Below are positions 23,721-33,538 of a DNA stretch of 33,538 nucleotides, one piece after another. The notes under the pieces were generated by a model, which saw nothing but the letters and a program-made list of their open reading frames with translations, had not been told where the DNA came from and did no database searches. The stretch's first letter is position 1. Each line of letters starts with the position of its first letter. Position numbers and translations under genes: made by a program. The stretch is from the NCBI RefSeq assembly GCF_006345805.1, contig NW_021832710.1, positions 1 to 33,538 on the forward strand, in the 5' to 3' direction. This DNA comes from Octopus sinensis (lineage: Eukaryota).

Positions 23721-24142
23721 GCGCAGGAGTGGCTGTGTGGTAAGTAGCTTGCTAACCAACCACATGGTTCCGGGTTCAGTCCCACTGCGTGGCATCTTGG
23801 GCAAGTGTCTTCTGCTATAGCCCCGGGCCGACCAATACCTTGTGAGTGGATTTGGTAGACGGAAACTGAAAGAAGCCTGTCGTATATATGTATATATATA
23901 GGTGTATGTGTGTTTGTTTGTGCGTCTGTGTTTGCCCCCCTAGCATTGCTTGACAACCGATGCTAGTCTGTTTATGTCCCCGTTACTTAGCGTTTCAGCA
24001 AAAGAGACCGATAGAATAAGTACTGGGCTTACAAAAAAAAAAAAGAATAAGTCCCGGGGTCGAGTTGCTCGATTAAAGGCGGTGCTCCAGCATGGCCGCA
24101 GTCAAATGACTGAAACAAGTAAAAGAGTAAAAGAGTAAAGAG
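23719..24142 (+). mobile_element. SINE family A, full length
   Basis: Head 23719-23885 with TGGCTGTGTGG and GGTTCAGTCCC and a CORE-like TTGGGCAAGTGTCTTC; short TA/TG linker; tail ending in (AAAGAGT)n. Confidence 0.92.
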
Positions 24143-24643
24143 TATAGTATAAGAGGGAGAGAGAGAAAGAGAGACAGAGAAGGACACGATATATATCTTT
24201 AAGTGCTACTGATATTTTCATAAGTTGAGAAATATCTCAGATATATTCATCAGGCACAAACCACATATCATAACGAACGCGGCATATAGAAAACGCAGAT
24301 GGTTAAAAAAAAAACGGAAAACGAAAACCGTAAACATAAAATCTAAAATGAAGAAGTAAAAAAAAAAGGAATATATGATTTATCCTCCTTCGATTTAAAA
24401 TTATAAGGCTGGAAAAATATCAACAAGTTAATCAGGTATAGGTGTTTTCTCTACGCTGCCTTCTCAGTTTTTTGGCTTTTATTCTCTTATTCAGTTTTTT
24501 CGTTAGTTCGTTATATGTGGTTTGTGCCCCGATAAACATATACTTAAGATTTTTCTCGACATACGAAATTATTAGTAGTCCTTTAAATAAATAATATTTA
24601 TCTCTCTTTTCGTTGATCTCTCTATCTCGGAACACTACATTGT

Positions 24644-24689
<46 letters not shown>

Positions 24690-24830
24690 GATTCATCAGT
24701 GGTTAGCGTGTTAAGAAGACCTTAATGGTTAATTTATATTTCAATATAATTACAAAATTATAATATTTTAATATTATAATATTATAATTTAATTTCTTAG
24801 TTTTATAATTATATATATATAATTCATCAT

Positions 24831-24960
24831 TTTTCCTTCCGAAGAAGAGCATATGCTCGAAGCGTTAAATAGTTCTTATAATTTTCCTGACTCTCAGTCT
24901 AATACTCATCTGTTTGTTTTATTTTTGTTCTCGTCTTCGTGTTGTTTTAATAATGTTTGA
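24831..24960 (+). ncRNA. Degenerate hammerhead-like motif in a Penelope-type terminal remnant
   Basis: CCUU-CCGAAGA-A-GAGC-AUAU-GCUC-GAAGC-GUU-AA. Stem II has the same GAGC/GCUC pairs as the 6989 and 10188 copies but a different loop. Confidence 0.5.
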
Positions 24961-24982
24961 CATTTATATATGTATAAAAATG

Positions 24983-25014
<32 letters not shown>

Positions 25015-25239
25015 GCAAGTAAGTATGTATGTATTTATGTATGTATGTATGTATATATATGTATGTGTGTGTGGTGTGTGTGTGTGTGTTTGCGAATTTA
25101 TGCGTGCTGTAAACTCCACCACGAACCTACCTCTCCCTCTTTATTGCTCGGCAGTAAATCAATGTTAGAAAGACCTTATTAATACACCATGTGTTGTGAT
25201 AAGGCCACATCTCCTACTCCCATTTTCAGCAATAACTTT

Positions 25240-25559
25240 TCTCATCATTTAGTCTCATCCGCTCTCTTTCTCTCTCTCTCTCTCTCTAACTCTCCCTCTT
25301 TCACTCCTTAGACATCGTTCTTGTTTAACAGCCTCATCACATGTTTTCCCTGTCGCCTTCTCTTTGTCTCACTGCTTTTTATTTTCCTTGCCACACTTAA
25401 CTTTCGCTGTCACTCTTTCTCTCTCATATTTTAATAGCCTTACTTTTTCTTTTTCCCCCTTCTCACCTAATCTTCACTTGCTCCTTCTATCTCTCTTCCA
25501 TTAACATTCAAGCTCTCATTCTTTTCGCCTCTCATTGCCGCTCTCTCTCTCTCTCTCCC

Positions 25560-25594
<35 letters not shown>

Positions 25595-25855
25595 ATCTGT
25601 CTATGTATCTATGTATCTGTCTATCTATCTATCTATCTCTCTCTCTTGCTTTTCATTTGCTGTTTCCCTCTCTCTCTCTCTCTCCCTCCAACTTTCGGAC
25701 CATCTTCCTTCTCGCTTTTCTCACTAACTCCCATTCTGTCTTTCTTCTCGTCTCTCTACTTCTATCTCTTTTCTCCCCCACCCCTTAATTCTGTTTCTCT
25801 TTCCCTCTCTCACTCTCTACTTGACTCTATATATTCTTTCTCTCTCCTCTGTCTG

Positions 25856-25908
<53 letters not shown>

Positions 25909-26088
25909 TAGTTTTCAGATAGTCTTCCCTTTTTAACTCTCTCTCTCTCCTCATTATACAATACCCCCTTACTTCGCTCATTCTTTCATCTCAACCGCTC
26001 TTCATTCATTCAACTCTCATCTCACGTCTCTCATTACTTTTTCTCACACTCTCAAAATCTCAAACTCCCTCCCCTGTCAATTTCTTCC

Positions 26089-26125
<37 letters not shown>

Positions 26126-26170
26126 CTCCCTCTCGCACTCTGTCTTTTTCTTTTTTACTCTCTCCTTCCC
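25240..26170 (+). repeat. ~0.9-kb polypyrimidine, (CT)n-rich tract
   Basis: Strongly C/T-biased + strand with several pure (CT)n runs. Confidence 0.9.
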
Positions 26171-26451
26171 TGAGACAATACTAATATCACTCGTGTAACT
26201 TTGATTCTTTAAATACCAACCAACATTGATTCTGAATAAATAAACTTTAGAATTACCAAATGTTTTAGTTTCTTCAAGCATGTGATATAAACACACTCAG
26301 TCACACCTATGTACCACGTGCACATACAAACACATTCACATACGTGCTTGTGCACACATCTAAATGCACGTATATATACATACACACATACATACATATA
26401 TATATATATCCATATGATGTCCATATATATCTATATATCTATTTATTTAAC

Positions 26452-26502
<51 letters not shown>

Positions 26503-26747
26503 TGCGTGTGTGTGCATATATATATATATATAACATATATATATATAGAGAGAGAGATGCATAAATATTTAGATACAGACATATATATCACACAGCTTAG
26601 GAGCATGTGGTAAATGTGAAAACATAAATATTTGCACACAATGTGAATGTGTGAGTGTATACATAAATGAATGCATATAAGTGTGTATATATGTATACAT
26701 ATATAATATGTATATAAGTATGTATTTATATATATATATAGCTATAT

Positions 26748-26795
<48 letters not shown>

Positions 26796-27493
26796 TGTGT
26801 ATATCTATCTATATATATATCTCTACTATATACCGTATATACATACATTTTTGTAGGAACATTCACACAAACTATATATATGTATATATAAGTTATTAGT
26901 ATGCATATATGGAAATATATATATATATATATATGAAAGTATATGAGGTATATACAAAGATATGCATATGTATGTATATATGTATGTATTTACACACGCC
27001 TACCGCACACTCAAAAGTACAGCTACACGTATTTACTCGCAGAGAAGCAAGCAAACACATACCAATATACACACAGTAGCGGAATGCTAATACTGTTGGT
27101 ATTTATTTCGTCTCACACAGTTATTTCCCGCTTTCGATTTTTGTGATAACAAACCTAGCACTTCGTACGTTTTTAATTCTTCATGATTTGCAACTCTTTG
27201 AAATGTCAGAGAGTTTTGTGTTACCATTTTAAATGGCACTACATTAATCTTGTGTTTATTGATTCTTTTTCCCTCTGCGTTCCTTCTCGACTGGGTGCCA
27301 TTCCTTGTGTCTTTTACTTCGAAAATTTTCATTGATGTAATACAGTTTCTTTTTATCTACGCCCTCTCTCTCTCACAGCCACAGTTACACTCAGCTCGCC
27401 TTTTTCCCTCCACTCTCTTTCCCTCCTCTCATTTTTTTTCTTCTCACATATTCTCGTACATTCAGATACAGTCTGTCATTTTCATACCTAAAT

Positions 27494-27533
<40 letters not shown>

Positions 27534-27928
27534 GCAAAATTCTTTTTCATATCTTTATCAAAGTGGAGCTTACGTAAGTACAACTATATATATAACTGAA
27601 ATACTGCAAGCCCTAATTCTCGCCATCTGTCACACACTATCAAATTCATTTATATATCAAACATTGCTCAGTTATAACGAAATAGAAATTACTCATGCCT
27701 TACTAATCTAGTTGATTGTTACAGAGAAGTCTCTGACGTTTACCGTGTGGATTTCCTATATGTAACAGTTTAGCGTCCCAAATGTTTCTATCAACACTGA
27801 TACTGCAAATACATTGTGGAGTATTGTCTTGTAAGAGGAGTAATCTGGTAGTCATATTTTCTGAGTCTAATGTAATATTCTCTGGTCTCTGTATCATTAT
27901 TCACACCACTTTCATATGATATATTTTC

Positions 27929-28480
27929 TTATTTCTTTACTGTCCACAGGGGAGCTACACACAGCGGGGACAAACAAGGACAGACAAACGGATTAAGTCG
28001 ATTATATCGACCTCAGTGCGTAACTGGTACTTATTTCATCGACCCCGAAAGGATGAAAGGCAAAGTCAACCTCGGCGGAATGTGAACTCAGAACGTAACA
28101 GCAGACAAAATACTTATTTCTTTACTACCCACAAGGGGCTAAACACAGAGAGGACAAACAAGGACAGACAAACGGATTAAGTTGATTATATCAACCCCAC
28201 TTAATCCGTTTCTTTGTCCTCTCTGCGTTTAGCCCCTTATGGATAGTAAAGAAATAGGTATTCCGTCTGGCGCTACGTTCTGAGTTCAAATTCTGCCAAG
28301 GTCGACTTGGTTTTCTTTTTTTTTGGGGTTGATTAAATAAGTACCAGTTACGCACTGGGGTCCATATAATCGACTTAATACGTTTGTCTGTCCTTGTTTA
28401 TCTCCTCTGTGTTTAGCCCCTTGTGGGTAGTAAAGAAATAGGTATTTCGTCTGTATTTTCGTTTTGAGTTCATACTTTGC
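27929..28480. mobile_element. SINE family B multimer array with a strand switch at ~28200
   Basis: Minus-strand units at 27929-28114 and 28115-28200, then plus-strand units at 28201-28256, 28257-28440 (184 bp) and 28441 onward; junctions are AAGAAATA|GGTATT. Confidence 0.9.
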
Positions 28481-29056
28481 TCCATGTACGCATGCACGTA
28501 GGTATGTATGCACTAATTTACGCAAGTATGTACGCACGCACGCACGCACGTATGTATGTATGTTTTATGCATGTATGTATGTATGTATGTATGTATGTAT
28601 GTATGTATGTATGTATAACCGGATCCTCCGTATAGTCCGCTAAAATATAGATCTGCACTTGCAAAACTCTTCTCTGGCGTGCAAGTATAAATTTCTTATT
28701 TCAAGGGAAACCAAGAGAAGGTCAACCAAGCATACGTTCACTGTTCACGCCATCGACGCTAAGTGAAAGGCAAGGGCCGATAAAGATTGGAATCAGCTTT
28801 CTCGCAATCTTAGCCATCAGAACTCAAGCATATTATATGATAATACATGCGATGCTCTAACTGTGTTCTCCTATCTTCTTCATCTTCGTAGACTGGCACT
28901 TTACACATCAAGCATGACGGAATAATAGGTAAAGTTGATCTTGACGTATATGTATCTGTGTGTGTGTGTGTACAGATTGTCCCCTTCTTTTTTGTTACCA
29001 TATAGTTTTAACTGGCAAATTTATGTTCCATCCTTTCTTTGTCGTAGACCGCCTCT

Positions 29057-29099
<43 letters not shown>

Positions 29100-29734
29100 C
29101 TGATCTGCATCTCAATATCCTGTGATCGCCCTCTTCTTTCTATCATGTTTTTCCTGACTTATTCTCATTCCCCCTTTATGTCCATCTCTGAGTCTCTCTT
29201 TCTCTCTATTCACACACTTTCTCTTTCACTATATTTCTCGCACTCCCCCCTCTCTCTCTTACTCTCTCTTTCTCTCACATTCTGGTATAATCTTTAATCT
29301 ACCATTATTTAGGATTGACTAAAAATTGCTTCCTTCTGCCATAGTTTACTTTTATTTTTGTTTGTTTCTTTTTGTACTCAATACGATTAGGGCAGTCCAT
29401 ATATCTCACTTGTCTTCTGCATATTCTTGCATTAAAAACAAGGAACACACACACACACACACACACACCAGACATCTGTTTACTTGTACATACCCTACCG
29501 CACCTAACTATATTAAAAGAATATATTAGATAGTTTTGAATTAACTTAATTTATTACCAAGAATATTCCTAAATTAATCTGAAGATCCATTGCTCAGAAG
29601 CACACCGGTCATAACAGAAATTTATAAATGTTGGTGGTCAAAGACAAATACTTAATGGAGACAGGATTTGACCGTCTTCTGTGAACGTGTAATACTTGTA
29701 TGGTAGTCTTCAGGACTATATTTAATCTGTCATT

Positions 29735-29915
29735 TGTTTCAGTCATTAGAGCGCGGCTATACTGCGACACCGCATTGAAGAATTTAATCGAACGAACCGA
29801 CCCCAGAAATAAAAAAAAAAACCTGGTTCGTATTCTATTTGTCTCTTTTACGGAACTGCTCTGTTACGGGGACGTAAACACACCAACACTGACTGTCAAG
29901 GAGAGATGATGAACA
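29735..29915 (-). mobile_element. SINE family A tail, older copy
   Basis: TTTCAGTCATT...GACCCCAG...GTTACGGGGACGTAAACACACCAACACTGACTGTCAAG. Confidence 0.75.
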
Positions 29916-29962
29916 AACACAGACACAAAGACACAATACATAGAAATATATATATATATATT

Positions 29963-30112
29963 GGCTGTGTGGTAAGTCACTTGCTTACGAATACATGGTT
30001 CCGGGTTCAGTCCTACTGCGTGGCACCTTGGGAAAGTGACTTCTACTATAGCCTCAGGCCAACCGAAGCCTTGTGAATGGATTTGGTAGACGAAATCTGA
30101 AAGAAGCCCCTC

Positions 30113-30159
<47 letters not shown>

Positions 30160-30402
30160 GTGTGGTGTGGTGTGTGTGTGTGTTTGTGTGTGTCTGTGTT
30201 TGTTCCCCTAACATCGCTTGTCAACCGATGCTGGTGAGTTTACGTCCACGTAACCTAGCGGTTCGGCAAAAGACACCGATAGAATAAGTACTAAGCTTAC
30301 TAAGAATAAGTCCTGGGGTCGATGTGCTCGACTAAAGGCCGTGCTCCATCATGGACACAGTCAAATGACTGAAACAAGTAAAACAGCAAAGAGTAAAAGA
30401 GT
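29963..30402 (+). mobile_element. SINE family A, near full length
   Basis: Head GGCTGTGTGGTAAGT...GGTTCAGTCC, TA/TG linker, tail to AAAGAGTAAAAGAG. Confidence 0.9.
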
Positions 30403-30411
30403 ATATATATA

Positions 30412-30520
30412 GGATTTGGCCGGCCCAATTCCATAGTAGAAGACACTTGCCCATTGTGTCACGTTGTGGGACTAAACCCAGAACAATGCGGTTGTGAAGC
30501 AAACGTCTTGCCACGTAGCT
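30412..30520 (-). mobile_element. SINE family A head, diverged
   Basis: ATAGTAGAAGACACTTGCCCA...GTGGGACTAAACCCAGAAC. Confidence 0.7.
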
Positions 30521-31009
30521 ACATATGATATGTAAAAATCAAGTTCAGAAGCAAGATTCAACATCAAAATATTCATTCACTATTTAATGGAAACCAAGAC
30601 ACGATCTGAGCATATGTTCACAATTCACGCCTTTAGTGCATGCTGGCTGTCATGTTTTTACCTTACTCGCTACGCTAGGCTTCTGTGTTGACGAGAGTGT
30701 GTTTTTTTTGGGTGGGGTGGGGTGCTTTTTCTGTTCAAGTACCTGGCGCAATTTAACTCGAAATATAAAGGGTGGTAGTTAAAAGCTTAAATATACCACT
30801 ATACTACCATTCTGCAAGCATTGTTAGGTTAAAGGTACTAATTTATCGACCCAGGTATGTTTATAAACTCAGAAAACATTACATGAGTAAATAATGGATT
30901 TTTTAATGCATCTTTTTACAGGTTCTACAGTTTGCCGACATTTTAGAATATCATTTCTTATTTTGGCAAAATGCCATATATTTTAGCGGACAGGTTAATC
31001 GTTTAAAGC

Positions 31010-31150
31010 AATCTCACTGTTTTACTAATATTGTATTTTATCTATCCCGGAAGGACGAAAGACAAAGTTCACCTCGGTAACTTTTGAATTGAAAACATTA
31101 AAAGCCGTGACTAAATACCGTAAGTCATTTCGTTCGACGCTCGAGCGATT
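31010..31150 (-). mobile_element. SINE family B, old copy
   Basis: GAAGGACGAAAGACAAAGTTCACCTCGG...AAATACCGTAAGTCATTTCG. Confidence 0.65.
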
Positions 31151-31424
31151 TCACCAATCGACCGACCTCACCATTTCTGCTATTGATAATGATTTCTCTC
31201 AGTGGCCACAACCCACACATTTGATTATCGTATCACATAGTCGACGACATCATCAACTCAGCACTACACTGCTACTTGTTTTCATGTACCCCAGAGAGAG
31301 AGAGGCAACACAAGGTGGACCTCTCCAGGATTGGAACTCAAAACATAAAGAAACATGACGTAACGTCGATACGTATGTTTTCTGACACTGACATAGTGCC
31401 ATGCACCATATTTATAATAATGGC

Positions 31425-31570
31425 TTCAAATTTTGGCACAAAACCAGCTAATTGAAAGAGACAGGTCTTAGTCGAATACAGTGTTCAACTAGATAAAAGA
31501 TTAAGTCGGACTCGGCGGAATTTGAGCTGGAAGAAATACTGCTAAGCATTTTGTCCGACGCTCTAACGAT
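31425..31570 (-). mobile_element. SINE family B, internally deleted copy
   Basis: TTCAAATTTTGGCACAAAACCAGC...GTCGGACTCGGCGGAATTTGAGCT...GCTAAGCATTTTGTCCGACGCTCTAACGATTCT. Confidence 0.7.
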
Positions 31571-31581
31571 TCTTTTCTGCT

Positions 31582-31973
31582 CTTAGAACAAGGCCCAAAA
31601 TTTTGGGGGAGGGAGCCAGTCAATTAGATTGACCCCAGTACTGAACTGGTATTTAATTTATCGACCCCGAAACGATGAAAGGCAAAGTTGACCTCGGCAG
31701 GATTTGAAATCAGAACGTAAAGACAGACGAAATACCTATTTCTATTTCTTAATTACCCACAAGGGGCTAAACACAGAGAGGACAAACAAGGACAGACATA
31801 GGTATTAAGTCGATTACATCGACCCCAGTGCGTAACTGGTACTTAATTTATCGCCCCCGAAAGGATGAAAGGCAAAGTCGACCTCGGCGGAACTTGAACT
31901 CACAACGTAACGGCAGACGAAATACCGCTAAGCATTTCGCCCGGCGTGCTAACGTTTCTGCTAGCTCGCCGCC
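31582..31973 (-). mobile_element. SINE family B dimer (same architecture as 11817-12202)
   Basis: Full unit 31737-31973 joined at 31736/31737 to a headless unit that ends in the same GGCCCAAAATTTTGGGGGAG-type tail. Confidence 0.9.
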
Positions 31974-31996
31974 GTCATATTTTTCATAATAATATT

Positions 31997-32150
31997 GGTT
32001 TCAAACTATAGTACGAAGCTAGCAATTTCAGGGAGAAAGTAAGTCGTTTATATCGACCCCAGTGCTTAACTGGTACTTATTTTATGGACCTCGAAATATA
32101 AAAGACAAAGGCGACCTGAACAGAATTTGAAATAGAACATAAAGACGAAC
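31997..32150 (-). mobile_element. SINE family B, old copy
   Basis: GTAAGTCGTTTATATCGACCCCAGTGCTTAACTGGTACTTATTTT...GACAAAGGCGACCT. Confidence 0.7.
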
Positions 32151-32504
32151 CAATTCCTGCAAAACTCATATTCCCTGTAAACTGCCATCTTTTTGTCATT
32201 TCACTCCATGTCTGTTCCTGAAAATTCATCTCAAAATACGAAATGTGGATGCTCCTCCTTGATTTCGAGACATTTTATCGCCTGTACCATTCTACTCTTT
32301 CTAGTTTCATCATTGTACGTAGGTTCGTAAATCTAATTTTACTCATAAGGTATTGGAATCTTATATGTATACCATTCTGTCTAAAAAAATGGATCTCCAA
32401 ATACAACATCCCTAAATACCTCACATTTATTTTATTTTCTTTCCTCCACTCCCTCTCTATTTTATATTATATCTAAATTAACTATTTCTTAACCATTTTC
32501 TCAC

Positions 32505-32560
32505 ACCGTCTCCGATGAAGGGATGTAATAAATATCCTGGGAACAGCTGTAAAACCTTCC
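32505..32560 (+). ncRNA. Minimal type-I hammerhead-like motif with palindromic stem III (Penelope-associated), core-mutated
   Basis: GUCU-CCGAUGA-A-GGGAUGU-aauaa-AUAUCCU-G-GGAAC-AGCU-GUA-AAAC. It has a 7-bp stem II, palindromic ACAGCUGU, a GUA triplet, and 3 of 4 stem I pairs. Confidence 0.6.
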
Positions 32561-32709
32561 ATCTATAAATGTTCTAAAATCTACATAACCTTGGTTTTTA
32601 TATCTCATCAGGAAAAAAACTTTTTAATAAACATACCTATATATATATATATATATACATATATACATATATATATGCATACATACACATATATACATAT
32701 ATATGCATA

Positions 32710-32744
<35 letters not shown>

Positions 32745-32746
<2 letters not shown>

Positions 32747-32884
32747 AGACATTTACCCCCACACCAGGGACAATTACCCCTAAGGACAACAGATGATGAT
32801 TTAAAACTTCCTAATATATTGGAGAGGAGGTAATTAACCAAGGAGGGTAATTCTTCTGGGGGCAGTTATTGGGGGAATTGTCCC
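32745..32884. mobile_element. Short MITE-like element with 14-bp inverted repeats
   Basis: GGGACAATTACCCC (32767-32780) versus GGGGGAATTGTCCC (32871-32884), 13/14 complementary, with internal subterminal GGTAATT/ATTTACCCC repeats. Confidence 0.6.
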
Positions 32885-32916
32885 ATCTATTTATGTGGTT
32901 TTAAGTTACAAGCACA

Positions 32917-33538
32917 TTGCTAGATCGAAAATACTTGGTCACTCTAATCAAAAACGGGACAGAACGTGCAAAAATGATAGGCATCCAAGAATTACGGAAA
33001 ACAAGAAAACAACATGACACGCTTAAAATACAATCCGAGGAACACGGAAGCATACAATATCATCACCAAAACACACCCCTCCCTATGAAGGACCTGCGAA
33101 TGAAAAAGGCACTGGAAACACATAGAATTATTAAAAGCAAGAGACAACTGCAATCCCTAAAAATGTTATTCACCAGCGCCAAAGAACACACCAAATATAC
33201 AATCTCACTACTGAAAAAGTGCAACCGCCCTAACTGCGGAACATACATCTTCCTCTTAGAGGGCTCAACATACACATTCAGTCAGGTCAAACATTTACTA
33301 TAACAAATAATTTCACCTCTGCTTCGAAAAACTTGATCTATATTCTCAAATGTGAAAGGTGTGGTGAAGACTAGATAGGTAAGACTAATTTAACCTTGAG
33401 GGACAGACTAACGGGGCACAGGCAATAAATCAGCCACCCCACGTCTAGGCAAATTCCCGTGAGCAAATACCTAGACCAACGCCCCGTAAAAATAAACCCA
33501 AAATACCAAATTTTCCCTCTCTATCAATGGACAGGAAA
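32917..33538 (+). pseudogene. Penelope-like element: RT C-terminal/linker region plus GIY-YIG endonuclease, decayed and running off the window
   Basis: LDRKYLVTLIKNGTERAK...ELRK...KKCNRPNCGT, then a 1-bp frameshift near 33280 into SGQTFTITNNFTSASKNLIYILKCERCGED*IGKTNLTLRDRLTGHRQ*ISHP...PVSKYL. The TAG replaces the Tyr of YIG. Confidence 0.92.

Noticed and set aside
24432-24665. K/R-rich ORF (...NELTKKLNKRIKAKKLRRQRRENTYT)
   Set aside because: It starts in a microsatellite, and A-rich composition explains the K/R/N content.
27087-27332. 81-aa minus-strand ORF MKIFEVKDTRNGTQSRR...
   Set aside because: No recognisable domain, no acceptor or promoter context, and a length compatible with chance.
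30700-30800. GGGTGGGGTGGGGTG plus a TATAAAG-like promoter arrangement
   Set aside because: Short motifs with no downstream exon evidence.
11817-31973. CRISPR-like or prokaryotic repeat-spacer interpretation of the recurrent repeats
   Set aside because: The repeats are 150-400-bp tRNA-derived SINE units without regular unique spacers, and no cas-like ORFs are present; the context is clearly eukaryotic.

Overview
AT-rich, microsatellite-dense eukaryotic DNA that is almost entirely non-coding. The interspersed repeats match my recollection of octopus (coleoid cephalopod) repeat families, so the taxon is an inference. I can support no intact protein-coding gene; nearly all ORF-track entries are translations of (TA)n, (CA)n, (TATG)n, (GATA)n or triplet repeats. 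The window holds: three modular tRNA-derived SINE families (my labels A, B, C) in more than 25 copies or fragments; two clear decayed Penelope-like (GIY-YIG) retroelement fragments and a possible third, very old RT; a CR1/L2-group LINE 3' fragment; a decayed Helitron N-terminal zinc-finger region; three fold-back/MITE-like elements; and a 1.13-kb direct-repeat-flanked non-coding element. The most unusual structures are: (i) a ~1-kb four-armed near-perfect palindrome built from one SINE tail (17308-18297), either a real cruciform-prone locus or a fold-back artifact; (ii) minimal type-I hammerhead-ribozyme-like motifs at Penelope-derived termini; (iii) SINE-B multimers joined at the same junction at five sites, including a strand-switching array.
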